The notes under the pieces: generated by a model
The model's input: only the letters and a program-made list of their open reading frames with translations
What the model was told of the DNA's origin: nothing
The model's database searches: none
Translations under genes and position numbers: made by a program
Assembly (NCBI GenBank): GCA_038087875.1
Contig: CM075992.1
Span: 10,480,001-10,544,000, forward strand
Length of the DNA: 64,000 nt
From: Malacoraja senta
Taxonomy: Eukaryota
Direction: 5' to 3'
In this document: in pieces, positions 22,201 to 36,282 of the stretch
How positions within the stretch are numbered: position 1 is the stretch's first letter
Layout: the number at the start of each line of letters is the position of its first letter

Positions 22201-25200
22201 CAAGCAGAGAGTGGGCAGCAATTCGAACATCACAGCACTCCAAGCGGAGAGCAGGCAGCAAGCTCAAACTAACAGCACTACAAGCAGTGTGCAGGTTGCA
22301 AATCCAACCTCACAGCACTCCAAGCAGTGTGACGGCAGCAAGTGCAACTTCACAGCAGTCCAATCAGTGTGCAGACAACAAGTCCAACCTTACAGCACTC
22401 CAAGCAGAGTGCAGGCAGCAAGTCCAACCTCACAGCACTCGAAGCTGAGGGAAGGCAGCAAGTCCAACCTCACAGCAGTTCAAGCAGTGTGCAGGCAACA
22501 AGTCCAAATTTACAGAACTCCAAGCAGATGCAGGCAGCAAGGCCCTCACAGCACTCCAAGCTGAGTGCAGGTGGCAGGTCCAACCTCGCAGCAAGTAGAT
22601 TGCAGGCAGAAATTCCAAACTCACAGCATACCAAGCATAGTGCAGGCGGCAGGTACAACCTCACAGCACTCCAAGCAGAGTGCAGGCAGCAAGTCCAACT
22701 TCACAGCACTCCAAGCATAGTACAGGCAACAAGTCCAAACCTACAGCACCCCAAGCAGAGCTCAGGCAGCAAGTCCAAACTCACAGCAGTCCAAGCAGAG
22801 AGTGGGCAGCAATTCGAACATCACAGCAATCCAAGCAGAGAGCAGGCAGCAAGTCCAAGCTCACAGCCGTCCAAGCAGTGTGGAGGCAATAAGTCCAACG
22901 TTACAGTACTCCAAACAGAGTGCGGGCAGCAAGTCCAACCTCACAGCACTCCAAGCATAGTGCAGGCAGCGTCCCAACCTAAAGCACCCCAAGCAGAGTT
23001 CAGGCAGCAAGTCCAATCTCGCAGCTCTTCAAGAAGAGTGCAGGTAGCAAGTCAAACCTCACACCAAGCAGAGTGCAGGCAGCAAGACCAACTTCACAGA
23101 ACGTGAATCAGTGTGCAGGCAGTAAGTCCAACCTCACAGCACTCCAAGCGGAGTGCATGCAGCAAGTCCAACCTCACAGCAGTCCAAGCAGTGTGCAGGC
23201 AACACGTCCAACCTTACAGCACTCCAAGCAGAGTGCCGGCAGCAAGTCTAACCTCACAACAATTCAAGCATAATGCAGGCAGCAAGTCCAAACCTACACC
23301 ACCCGAAACAGGGTTCAGGCAGCAAGTCCAAACTCACATCCATCGAAGCAACGTGCAGGCAGCAAATCCAAACTCACAGCACTCCAAACAGAGAGTGGGC
23401 AGCAATTCGAACATCACAGCACTCCAAACGGAGAGCAGGCAGCAAATTCAACCTCACAGCACTACAAGCAGTGTCCAGGCAGCAATTCCAACCTCACAGC
23501 ACTCCAAGCAGTGTGACGGCAGCTAGTCCAACCTCACAGCACTCGAAACTGGGTGCAGGCAGCAAGTCCAACCTCACAGCCAGCAGAGTGCAGGCAGCAA
23601 GTTCAAACTCACTGCATTCCAACGTGTGCAGGCCGCAAGTCCAACTTCACAGAACTCCAAGCATAGTGCAGGCAGCAAGTCCAAACCTACAGCACCCCAA
23701 GCAGAGCCCAGGCAGCAAGTCTAAACTCACAGCAGTCTAAGCAGAGAGTGGGCAGCAATTCGAACATCACAGCACTCCAAGCAGAGAGCAGGCAGCAAGT
23801 CCAAGCTCACAGCATTCCAAGCAGTGTGGAGGCAACAAGTCCAACGTTACAGCACTCCAAGCAGAGTGCGGGCAGCAAGTCCAACCTCACGTCACTCGAA
23901 GCTGAGTGCAGCTAGCAAGTCAAACCTTGCAGCCAGCAGAGTGCAGACAGAAAATCCAACCTCACAGCTCTCCAAGCAGAGAACAGGCAGCAAGTCCAAC
24001 CTCACAGCACTCCAAGCAGAGTGCAGTAGAAAGTCCAACCTCACAGCACGCCAAGATTAGTGCAGGTAGCAATTCAAACCTCACAGCCAGCAGAGTGCAG
24101 GTAGCAAGTCCAACCTCACAGCACTCCAAGCAGAGTGCATGCAGCAAGTCCAAACTCACAGCAGTCCACGCAGTTTGCAGGCAACAAGTCCAACCTTACA
24201 GAACTCCAAGCAGAGTGCAGGCAGCAAGGCCCTCACAGCATTCCAAGCTGAGTGCAGGCTGCAAGTCCAAACTCACAGCAAGCAGATTGTAGGCTGAATG
24301 TCCAAACTCACAGCATACCAAGCATAGTGCAGGCGGCACGTATAACCTCACAACACTCCAACCAGAGTGCAGGAAGCAAGTCTAAACTCACCGCACTCCA
24401 TGCAGTGTGCAGGCAGCAAGTTCAAACTCACAGCACTCCAAGCAGAGTGCAGGTGGCAAGTCAAACCTCACATCCAGCAGAGTGCAGGCTGCAAGTCTAA
24501 CCACGCAGCACTCCAAGCAGAGAGAAGGCCGCAAGTCCAAACTCACAGCACTCCAAGCAGTGTGCCGGCAACAAGTCCAACATCACAGCAGTCTAAGAAG
24601 AGTGTAGGTAGCAAGTCCAAACCTACAGCACCCCAAACAGTGTTCAGGGAGGTCTCCAAGAAGAGTGCAGGCAGCAAGTCCAACCTCACAGCACTCCAAG
24701 CAGAGTGCATGCAGCAAGTCCAACCTCACAGCACTCCAAGCAGAGAGTGGGCAGCAATTCGAACATCACAGCACTCCAAGCGGAGAGCAGGCAGCAAGCT
24801 CAAACTAACAGCACCACAAGCAGTGTGCAGGTTGCAAATCCAACCTCACAGCACTCCAAGCAGTGTGACGGCAGCAAGTCCAACTTCACAGCAGTCCAAT
24901 CAGTGTGCAGACAACAAGTCCAACCTCACAGCACTCGAAGCTGAGTGAAGGCAGCAAGTCCAACCTCACAGCAGTTCAAGCAGTGTGCAGGTAACAAGTC
25001 CAAATTTACAGAACTCCAAGCAGATGCCGGCAGCAAGGCCCTCACAGCACTCCAAGCTGAGTGCAGGTAACAGGTCCAACCTCGCAGCAAGTAGATTGCA
25101 GGCAGAAAGTCCAAACTCACCGCATACCAAGCATAGTGCAGGCGGCAGGTTCAACCTCACAGCACTCCAAGCAGAGTGCAGGCAGCAAGTCCAACTTCAC

Positions 25201-26045
25201 AGCACTCCAAGCATAGTACAGGCAGCAAGTCCAAACCTACAGCACCCCAAGCAGAGCTCAGGCAGCAAGTCCAAACTCACAGCAGTCCAAGCAGAGAGTG
25301 GGCAGCAATTCGAACATCACAGCACTCCAAGCAGAGAGCAGGCAGCAAGTCCAAGCTCACAGCCGTCCAAGCAGTGTGGAGGCAATAAGTCCAACGTTAC
25401 AGTACAAACAGAGTGGGGGCAGCAAGTCCAACCTCACAGCACTCCAAGCATAGTGCAGGCAGCGTCCCAACCTAAAGCACCCCAAGCAGAGTTCAGGCAG
25501 CAAGTCCAATCTCGCAGCTCTTCAAGAAGAGTGCAGGTAGCAAGTCAAACCTCACACCAAGCAGAGTGCAGGCAGCAAGACCAACTTCACAGAACGTGAA
25601 TCAGTGTGCAGGCAGTAAGTCCAACCTCACAGCACTCCAAGCGGAGTGCAGGCAGCAAGTCCAACCTCACAGCACTCCAGGAAGAGTGGAGGTAGCAAGT
25701 CAAAACTAACACCAAGCAGAGTGCAGGCAGAAAGTCCAACCCCACAGCACTCCACGCAGAGTGCAGACAGCAAATCCAACCCCACAGCACACCAAGCAGA
25801 GTGCAGGCAGCAAGACAATCCTCACAGCATTCCAAGCAGTGTGCAGGCAGCAAGACCAACCTCACAGCACTCTAAGAAGAGTGCAGGCTGCCAGTCCAAC
25901 CTCAAAGCACTCCAAGCAGAGTGCAGGCTGCAAGTCCTACCCCACAGCACTCCAAGCAGAATGCAGGCAGCAAGTCCGACGTCACAGAACTCCAAGCGGA
26001 GTGCAGGCCAGCAAATCCTATTTCGCAGCATTTCAAGCAGAGTGC
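19240..26045. repeat. Satellite array with ~40-bp unit GCAGAGTGCAGGCAGCAAGTCCAACCTCACAGCACTCCAA and higher-order structure
   Basis: About 6.8 kb of diverged 40-bp and shorter variant units. Diagnostic variants recur at an offset of 2496 bp (20777/23273, 21328/23824, 22680/25176). Confidence 0.95.
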
Positions 26046-26695
26046 ACACACATACTCTCACAAACACACAGACACCCACAGAAACAGACACTCACATTCA
26101 GGCACACACAGACACACACACAGACACACACAGACATACACGGACACACACAGACATACGCACACATACACACAAACACACAAGCACATCACACACTCAT
26201 AAACACGTACACACACAGTCACTCATACACACAGACCGACACAAACACACACTCACGCACACACTCACACACTCACATACACAGACATACACACTCACTC
26301 ACAGACACAGACAGACACACTCACTCACAGACACAGACACAAAGACAGGCACACAGACAGACACACAGACAGACACACAGACAGACACACAGACAGACAC
26401 ACAGACAGACGCACAGACAGACGCACAGACACACAGACACACTGACACACAGACACACAGGCAGACACACAGACAGACACACAGACAGACACACAGACAG
26501 ACACACAGACAGACACACAGACAGACACACAGACAGACACACAGACAGACGCACAGACAGACGCACAGACAAACAGACAGACACACAGACACACTGACAC
26601 ACAGACACACAGGCAGACACACACAGACAGACACACACACAGATACACACATACACACACACACAAACAAAGAGACGCTCACACACACCATACAT
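26046..26695. repeat. CA-rich / (CACACAGACAGA)n microsatellite
   Basis: Direct reading. Confidence 0.92.
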
Positions 26696-26899
26696 ATGGC
26701 AGTAAACGTTTTTGTATATTCAAACGGCTGAGCGCAGAACCCACTTTGGGCCTTCCGCAGTCAGCAACACTTCGACATTCAGCAAGACCTATGCACTCAC
26801 CGGAAATGACGCAATCAGCGTAACCACTAAGCGGAAATCACGAAATTAGCGGGACTTTTGTAAACACGGTCGGACCTAAAAAAAAGCGTTTATTCTTTC

Positions 26900-27190
26900 C
26901 AGGCACAGTTGCAACAGGCACAGTTGCAATAGCCACACATTTGCAATAGCCACCCAGTTGCAATAGGCAACCAGTTGCAAAAGGCACAGTTGCAAAAGGC
27001 ACAGTTGCAACAGGCACAGTTGCAACAGGTACAGTTGCAAAAGGCACCATTGCAAAAAGCACTGTTGCAAAAGGCACAGTTGGAACAGGCACAGTTGCAA
27101 CAGGCACAGTTGCGAAAGGCACAGTTGCGAAAGGCACAGTTACGAAAGGCACAGTTGCGAAAGGCACAGTTGCAAAAGGCATAGTTGCAA
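26900..27190. repeat. 15-bp tandem repeat GGCACAGTTGCAA(C/A)A
   Basis: About 19 units, followed by a (CAAGT)n tail. Confidence 0.9.
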
Positions 27191-27318
27191 GTCAGGTCAA
27201 GTCAAGTCAAGTCAAGTCAAGTTTTATTCGTCACGTGCGCATAAAGTGCAGTGAAATGAATTTGCCAGCAGCGGAACAATAAAAAAATAACACACAAAAA
27301 AAATTTAACACGACTTCT

Positions 27319-28402
27319 GACTTCCGGTGCAGTAATGGAGCAGTAAGTGGCGCTCGATTTAGCTCCGCTCCGAAAAACCGACCGAATAAAAAACACTCAC
27401 CAGCAGGTACCCGACGTCGCGCAAGTGACGTCATCAGAAATCGCCGCGATACCGACTTGATACCGGTATTTTAAATGAAAAAAAACGGGCTCACCGTAGG
27501 AATCTGCCTACTCGCCTCTGAGTAGACACAGAACACGAAGGCAGGGTCTTCAAGAAAAATAAACCTTTCAAGATTCTGAGGGAGAAGGACTTATTTCTAC
27601 CATGGAAATGCAAGCACATGATCAAGCTTTAAGACTGGCTGTCGTAAAAAACTTTGGAGAAATGCTGGCTCAAAAGCTTGGAAAATTAGAAACAAAACTT
27701 GATGTTCAACTCAATGCTGGGAAAATAGAAATCTGTGGAAAAATTGACACTCTGCAAGCTCGAATCGAAGAGGTGAATTCCTCTGTGAAAGGAGAAATTA
27801 AAAAGGTCGAAGAAAATATCAGCAGTAAGTTGGAAATTATCCCTCACCTCAAAAAAAAACGACGCTATCAGAGAACTGAAGGCTACAACTACGGATATTT
27901 CTCAGACAACTCAAAGACTGAAGAAGGAACTTGACCATGTTTCTGAATGACCGAGAAATGCCTAGTTCTCGAAGGTCGCTCTAAACGCCAAAACTTGAGT
28001 GAAGGAAGTTGTAAAAGATTCTCGGCACTTTACTGCCGACTTACTCCAACTGGTATTTAATCTGCCTGAGAGAGCCAAAATTGACCTGGCACATCGAGCT
28101 CAGAGAGCCCGACCAGGAGCTGGAGCTGCACCAAGCCAACCTATTCTACAACTACACGAGCCATCTGTGTAGATATCACGAAGAGAGTTGCAAGCGCAAG
28201 AAACCTGGTGTTTGAAGGAGAAAACATAAGAATCTTCAGAGACTATCCAGCAGAGGTTGTCAGGAAGCGAACACTTTTCTGCGTCGCGTGCTATCCTCGG
28301 AGACATACCAGGCTTAAGATATGGACTAATGTATCCAGCCAAATTATGGGTCACATACAGAGAATCGGAACGTTTCTTCATCGACCCGGAAGAGGCATTT
28401 AA
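27319..28402 (+). mobile_element. L1-clade LINE 5' UTR and decayed ORF1
   Basis: Starts GACTTCCGG. Coiled-coil ORF 27602-27934, then LEGRSKRQNL, IDLAHRA, FEGENIRIFRDYPAEVVRKR and YGLMYPAKLWVTY (L1 ORF1p RRM/CTD motifs). Confidence 0.85.
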
Positions 28403-28414
28403 ATATGCACAATG

Positions 28415-29262
<848 letters not shown>

Positions 29263-29319
29263 CCAATATGCACATATGTACGCACACACTAATTGACATT
29301 AACTAACACTAAGAAATTA

Positions 29320-31935
29320 ATATTGATGGGGGGTCTTGGTGTGGTACAAAGAAGAACTAGACAGTCACATTACATCAATAAAACAGGGGAAATCTCTGGA
29401 ACTCTCTGCCACAGAGGGTAGTTGACGCCAGTTCATTGGCTATATTTAAGAGGGAGTTAGATGTGGCCCTTGTGGCTAAAGGGATCAGGGGGTATGGAGA
29501 GAAGGCAGGTACGGGATACTGAGTTGGATGATCAGCCATGATCATATTGAATGGCGGTGCAGGCTCGAAGGGCCGAATGACCTACTCCTGCACCTATTTT
29601 CTATGTATCTATGTAAATCACATATATGGTTGAAACTAGATAAAACAATTGGAATAACTGGAAAAGATATATATCTATGTGCCGCCTACATACCCCCAAT
29701 AGAATCACCATATTTTGAAGAGGATATATTTGAAACTCTCCACATGGAAATCAATCATTTCCAGGCCCAGGGAAATGTGCTACTATGTGGAGACCTGAAT
29801 GCAAGGACCGGATGTGAACCCGATTCCATAGACCCACAGGGCAACAACCATGTGTTCGGTCAAACCCCCTTGTATGTCACACCAACTATCATTAACCGGA
29901 ACAACCTGGACTGTGAAATAAATAAAAGTGGTAGAGAGGTAGTGCATCTCTGCCGAGCCTTGGGCCTGTACATAGTTAATGGTAGGCTCAGAGGGGACTC
30001 GATGGGAAGGTTTACATATTCCTCATCTCTTGGGTCTAGCGTGGTAGACTACGCAATTACTGACATAGACCCCTGCACTATCAGTGCATTCACTGTTAGG
30101 CAGCAGTCCCCTCTTTCAGACCATAGTCAAATCAATGTGTACCTAAAATTCCTGTTCAAACTAAAGACGTAAAAAAGGAACCAAGTAAGCTGTATAAACT
30201 AAATCAGACTTACAGATGGGCTTCAGACAGTGGAGATAAATTCATCGTGGCCCTGAATTCACCTGATCTCACAAATAAAATATTGAAATTCAAGACAAAC
30301 CCATATGAGACTACTAGAGATGGTGTAAACATGGCTATGAAGGACATTAATATGATCTTTCACAAGGCAGCTATTAAACCTGACCTTGTGAAACAGAAGA
30401 GAAAAATTATCAAAAAAAACAACCATGAAAAATGGTTCGACCACGAGTGTAAGAATGTCAGAAAAGATCTGAGGAAAATATCGAACCAAAAACACCGTCA
30501 ACCAAACAATCCAGACTTACGCATTAGATATAATGAAACTCTTAAAAGGTATAAAACACACGATTAGGAACAAAAGACAAAATCACACTCACAAAAGACT
30601 TGAAGAAATTGAAAATTCCATAAATCAAAACCAATTTTGTGATATGTGGAATAACATGAGTACAACAAAACTACAAACATTACCAATTCAAGAGGGTGAT
30701 ATCTGGAGAGCACACTTCAAAAATCTATATAAAGACATCCCAATAAATAAAATAAACTCAAATCACTCTCATATCAAAGAAAAACTCCAAACACTAGAAA
30801 TAGTAATCAAAGATTATCAAAACCCCCTTGATTTCCCAATTACTTTGGAAGAACTGACCTTAAAAATAAAATCTCTTCAATCAAAGAAAGCCTGTGGTCC
30901 AGATAGCATTAAAAACGAAATGCTCAAATACAGCACTCCGGAAATGCAGGACATAGTACTTAGGCTGTTCAACATCATACTACGTTCAGGTTATTTCCCT
31001 GATATTTGGTGCCAAGGGCTTATTTCACCCATTTATAAGAGTGGAAACAAACTAGACCCAAATAACTACCGCGGCATCTGTGTCAGTAGCTGCCTAGGGA
31101 AGTTATTCTGCAGTATCATAAATAACAGAATGCAGGATTTCCTTAACAAACACAACATTCTCAGTAAAAACCAAATTGGCTTCCTCCCAAAACATCGTAC
31201 CACTGACCACATTTACACCCTCCACACTCTCATTGAAAAACATGTACACCAAGCAAAAAATGGAAAAATATTTGCCTGTTTTATTGACTTTGAGAAAGCA
31301 TTTGACTCTATTTGGCATGAAGGGCTCGACTACAAACTCCTCTGTTGTGGTATAGGAGGAAAGGTATATGACCTTATCAAATCAATGTATCTGAATAATA
31401 AATGTGGCGTTAAAATTGGGGACAAACGTACTGATCTCTTCACCCAGAGAAGAGGCGTCCGGCAAGGCTGCAATCTGAGCCCGACACTGTTTAATTTATA
31501 TATAAACGATTTGGCAATAAAGCTGGACCAGAGCACTGCGCCGGGCCTCTGTCTCCTGGAGGGAGAGGTAAAATCTCTGTTTTATGCGGATGACTTGGTT
31601 CTGCTGTCCCCCACGGAACAGGGACAGCAGCAACAGTTGGACCTACTTGATGAGTACTGCCAAAATTGGGCCCTGCCAGTAAATCTAAAGAAAACCAATA
31701 TCATGATTTTCCAGAAAAAACCCAGATGTCAGGAAGATACATACAAATTTACTCTCAATGGTATTATTATCGAACACACTATGAGCTATACTTACCTTGG
31801 TCTAACTGTTGCAGCATCAGGGAGCTTCAATATGGCAGTGAATGTACTAAAAGAGAAAGCTCGAAGAGCTCTGTATGCAATAAAAAGAAGATTCTACAAC
31901 ATCCAAATTCCCATTAAAATCTGGTTTAAAATATT
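29320..31935 (+). mobile_element. Non-LTR retrotransposon ORF2 (APE endonuclease + RT), frameshifted, running into the gap
   Basis: APE motifs LCGDLNART, SSVVDY and LSDH; RT motifs KACGPDSI, NYRGI, FIDFEKAFD, GVRQGCNLSPTLF and YADD. Confidence 0.9.
29390..29612 (+). mobile_element. CR1/HER1-type LINE 3' tail nested in the APE domain
   Basis: Reverse complement of 43054-43285. Ends CTATGTATCTATGT; possible AAATC duplication at the ends. Confidence 0.8.
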
Positions 31936-32135
31936 NNNNNNNNNNNNNNNNNNNNNNNNNNNNNNNNNNNNNNNNNNNNNNNNNNNNNNNNNNNNNNNNN
32001 NNNNNNNNNNNNNNNNNNNNNNNNNNNNNNNNNNNNNNNNNNNNNNNNNNNNNNNNNNNNNNNNNNNNNNNNNNNNNNNNNNNNNNNNNNNNNNNNNNNN
32101 NNNNNNNNNNNNNNNNNNNNNNNNNNNNNNNNNNN
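31936..32135. other. Assembly gap (200 N)
   Basis: Run of N. Confidence 1.
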
Positions 32136-34670
32136 GTGTTTTGGAGCATTAGCTATTACTTCCACTTTCGCATTCACAGGGCGAAGCCCTATTTGAGTCT
32201 ACCTCTGACTGCGCAAATGCACATTTACTTTGTCGCAGTTTGACATTGTGGCAGTTTAGTTGTGTGAGAACTCGCTCGAGGATTTCCAGATGTTCTACCA
32301 TGCCCTCTGTGAATATCAGTAGGTCATCGTGGTTGCAGAAACAGTGCGGAATCACGTAACATTTTGTCCGTGACAGATAGAAAGATTTTCAGGGAGAATT
32401 TCACACCATAATGGCAGCTTCGTATATGAATACAAGTCCTTATGTGTATTTATAGTCAAATACTGCTGACTTTCCTTGTCGACATTGAGTTGGGCATAAG
32501 CGTGAGACCAGTTTAGTGAAGACTCTTGCTCCGATAGGTTCTGCGTACAGACCTTGCGAGGTTGGTAACGGATATTGTTCGTCGTCAACGGCTTGGTTGA
32601 TTGTGACTTTGTTGTCACCGCATACTCGAACAGTTTTGTCGACCTTGGGTACGGCCACAATTGGCGTTGCCTAGTTACTCTGGTCTTTCTTCACGAGTAC
32701 TCCATTCCGCTCTAACCTGTCGAGTTCTTCCTCCACTTGTTGCTTTCCTGCATATGGAACAGATCTTGGTCGACATATAAACAGGTTCCACATCTTGCTT
32801 AATTCGAATGTGTGCAGAGTACCCTCTTATTCCGTGTAACCGGCAAAAAATTCTGCATCTTTACTTATGACGTTTTCAATAAGTGATTTGGACAAATTGA
32901 CGCTGAAAATGTTCTTCCAGTCCAACTCTATTCTACTCAGCCCATCCTTTCCCAGGAAGGTTGGTTTATTTCTGTTGACGGCCATTATGATGGGCAGTGT
33001 TACCGCCTGATCATTAACCTGAACTTTACTGTTCATTTGTCCGCATGTCTCCAAAACTTCGCCGAGTAGGTTCTCAGCTTGACCTTACTCTCAAACAATG
33101 GTATCTGTGGGAACTTTGTTTCGACAATACTTTGCTCATGACCGAACAATTTGCTCCCGTGTCAATAAACATATCGATTAACTGTTCATTAATCAATTGT
33201 TTAGTTCGAAACTCGTTTCCTTGGCCGGTTGTAGGCTTATCGATGTTTTGTTGAATATATGGTGTACAAACCAAGTTTCTTTCCATCTGGGTTCATCTCC
33301 AAGTTGTGAACATTTTTTCTGGTTTTGTGGCTTGTTTCCCGCAGGTTATTGGTTTCTTGTTTTAAGCTTAGCCCGACATGCTGTGGTGATATGGCCTTTC
33401 TTCTGACAGTTACAGCACATGGCCATTTTGAACAGACAAAATTGGGATGAGTGATTACCGTTGCAACGATAACAACTGGCTGAACTCGACACCCGCCATA
33501 CTTTGGTTTGGGTTTTGGTTTAGCGCCTCTTGATTTGGCCATAGGCACTGACTTGTGACTGTAAACGGCCACTGCAGTCTGTGGTGGACGAAATTCGCGA
33601 ATATTCTTTGATGCCTTCTCCATTGTGGTAGCAATTTTGCATGCTTTCTCGAATGTATGATCTGGAGTGTTCATGAGTTTGGACCGAATTCGTTCATCTT
33701 CTAGACCACAAAGAAATCTGTCGCGTTGTGCGCGCCCGAGAAAGGTTTCAAAGTTACCGGGCAAAGTGAAGTTTTTCAAGGCCACACTCATTGATTGTCT
33801 CATTCTGCTTCTGGTTTCTAGTGCAAAATGTATAGCTTTCTGCACTTTCCAGAGGCTTTGGGTTGAAGTGCTCTTCCAACTTCTTAATAATGTCATTGAA
33901 TTGCACTGATTTTGCCTCTACGGGCGTAAGGAGGTTCCCGAATATGTCGTGCACTTCAGGACCGAACTTCGTGAGCAGAATCGCTTTCATGCGTTCGTAA
34001 ACGGCCTTATTTGATTCAGTCACTACTCCTCCTTCACCGCTAATCTCCATTATGTTGTTTGCCATGAAAAACGTGTTCGCTCTCTCCATATAGGAGTTGA
34101 ATGGCTCTCTACTCTTGTCGGAAATTCCAAGGTTTCCGTGGACGTGAACGATGATGTAGCCCGTGCATTTCTATTTTTAAAGTCCGTTCAAAAACCACGA
34201 TTTCCTCTCTGTTCTGGTGTAACAATTCACCTAAAACTTAGCTGTCCAATGGCTATACATCTTGATGAACTGGACAACAGAAAAACTCAGTCTAAAATCC
34301 TATACATTCCCGAGGACACCATCTTGCCACGTAGAAACAACACAGAGATAGTCTACAAACTCTCGGAGATTTGTACCGCTGCCGTTGTAACCTACTGTCC
34401 CCCGCATAGAAGGATCTGTGGCCTACCGTGTCCAACTCGTAAACAACTGCGACACAGCTCCGTATTTGCTGTTTAAAATGTTAAATTTTGCTACATGCAA
34501 AAGAGTCCTGCACTATATTTAAAGTATGAGTTCACAAACTCTATCCCGTCCTCGTAGCCAATTTTGATATATTCCGGACAGCAGAATCAAGAACTAAACT
34601 TACACACTGGTTGCCTGGATCACGTGAGAGAGATTTATTACACAACATTCCCTGCTTATATTGAGCACCA
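32136..34670 (-). mobile_element. Decayed Ty3/gypsy element (LTR remnant, PBS, gag, protease, RT)
   Basis: Minus-strand PBS TGGCTACGAGGACGGGAT (34543-34560), resembling the complement of the tRNA-Ser 3' end. Gag RDRFLCGLEDERIRSKL, protease FIDTGANCSV, RT VRVCGDNKVTINQ and HLEILERVL. Confidence 0.85.
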
Positions 34671-34675
34671 GCTCA

Positions 34676-34925
34676 TTTTCACACAGATTGTTGTGAGTGT
34701 GTGGAATTATCTGCCTCTGAAGGCGGTGGAGGCCGGTTCTCTGGATACTTTCAAGAGAGAGCCAGAAGGGCTCTAAAAGATAGCGGACTCAGGGGATATG
34801 GGGAGAAGGCTGGAACGGGGTACTGTTTTTGGATTATGAGCCATAATCACATTGAATGTCGGTACTGTCTCGAATAGCCAAAAGGCCTATTCCTGCACCT
34901 ATTGACTATTGTCTATTGTCTATGA
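34676..34925 (+). mobile_element. CR1/HER1-type LINE 3' tail
   Basis: FTQIVVSVWNYLP and (CTATTGT)n tail. Confidence 0.8.
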
Positions 34926-35959
34926 ACATAAACATGAATATGTATGAATACATTACACTCCCCATCGAAAAAGAGAAGGAGGGATCTCTCTAGCGAGAAG
35001 CGGAAGGGGGACGAATGAGAATTCTTCAGGGAGGAGGCCAGTACTGTGGTGGAAGAACATTTTCCGCTCTCTGGTTCAGGCCCCGGTCACATTTTCTGGA
35101 GAGGCTTCTGGAGAGGGTGTCGATGGGGACCACTCGGGCGATATGGAGCAGGAGGAAATTCCTGTTGGGGAGAGAGTCCCACATCAGGCACCCGAGGAAG
35201 CCCAGGACCAACCGAACCAGGGCGATGTGCGGAACACGCCACAGGAGGTAGAAAATGTAGGCGGGAATGGGGTATGGGAAACTAGCCTTTCTCTCCCCAG
35301 AACTTGGGGCCAGAGGGACTCCCTGAGTATGATGCACCAGAGACTATTAGGGACCGCACTGCGGGAGGGATAGACTCCCCACTCTCGATTGTCTTGAATT
35401 CCCGGGTACATATGGGGAAGGCCCCTCTGGCACTGGCACCAGGGTTGGGACCGACTTGGAGTAGATACCAGCGGGTGGGGCACAGGAAACCTGTGTACAG
35501 GATGGGGCGGATGTATCGATCACTAATGGTGGGTCCGGGGATGGAGATGGTGACTCCATCTGCAGTGTATAGGTGGAAGGGTCACCTCGGACAATGAATT
35601 AATGGACGTTCTCGCTCCTCTGAAGCAGTACACTTAATCCAGTTGAGGAAATCCGTGCGCTCATCAACGGCACCGAAGGAGCCCAACATCGGCCCAGACT
35701 GGCCTCCCTCCGCCGCACCTCATCCTCAGAAGGAGGGGAGGGTTAAGGAGGTGCAGGGGGTGAAGGGAACGACCGGCGTCAAGTCAGGTCCTTCTTGGAC
35801 GACCTGGAGATGGGCGCCAAGTCCAAGAGCAGCGTTGTTCCTCTTGAGGGTACATGGAGCAGTAGAGATTCACTTGCAGCCAGGGTCCGCAGGGCAAAGT
35901 GCACCGCCACGCCTCCTAGTATCCGCAGGAGGGGGGGGCGTGATGCTGCTGTGAGCGAC

Positions 35960-36280
35960 CGAAGTACGGGTGACGGTATCTTGGGAGTGGGAAGGGCTGA
36001 AGTTGTCCTTGTTGGGTTGATCCTAGGCCTGGCCAAGCTGGTCATTCGCGAGTCCTGGCGCTAGGCGAAAGAAGGCTTTGCCCGAGCCAGAAACTTGCCC
36101 CTTTACCATGGTTACGTCCGCGCCCGGGTGGTGTAAAAGAGGGTGGTGTTATTTGTACCATAGTTGTTTGGTATTTAATGTTTGTATAGTTTGATGATTT
36201 TGTATTATGGTGGTGGGCTTGTCACCACAGTTTTGTTTTTTTTGGTTTGTTTGTATCATGTTATAATTAAATAAATGATC
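35960..36280 (+). mobile_element. Tx1/L1-type ORF2 extreme C-terminus and 3' UTR
   Basis: VLVGLILGLAKLVIRESWR followed by a T-rich UTR and AATAAA. Confidence 0.6.
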
Positions 36281-36282
36281 TT

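Noticed and set aside
19240..26045. CRISPR-like array or repetitive protein gene (many Q/S/H-rich ORFs)
   Set aside because: No unique spacers, no cas genes, and a eukaryotic context. The 40-bp unit is not a multiple of 3 and the ORFs occur in all three frames, as expected for a T-poor satellite.
25646..26731. 361-aa and 278-aa H/T/R/Q-rich ORFs
   Set aside because: Satellite plus CA-microsatellite read-through.
30533..32152. Intact 539-aa RT protein
   Set aside because: The length is inflated by the N gap, and upstream frameshifts separate it from the APE domain.
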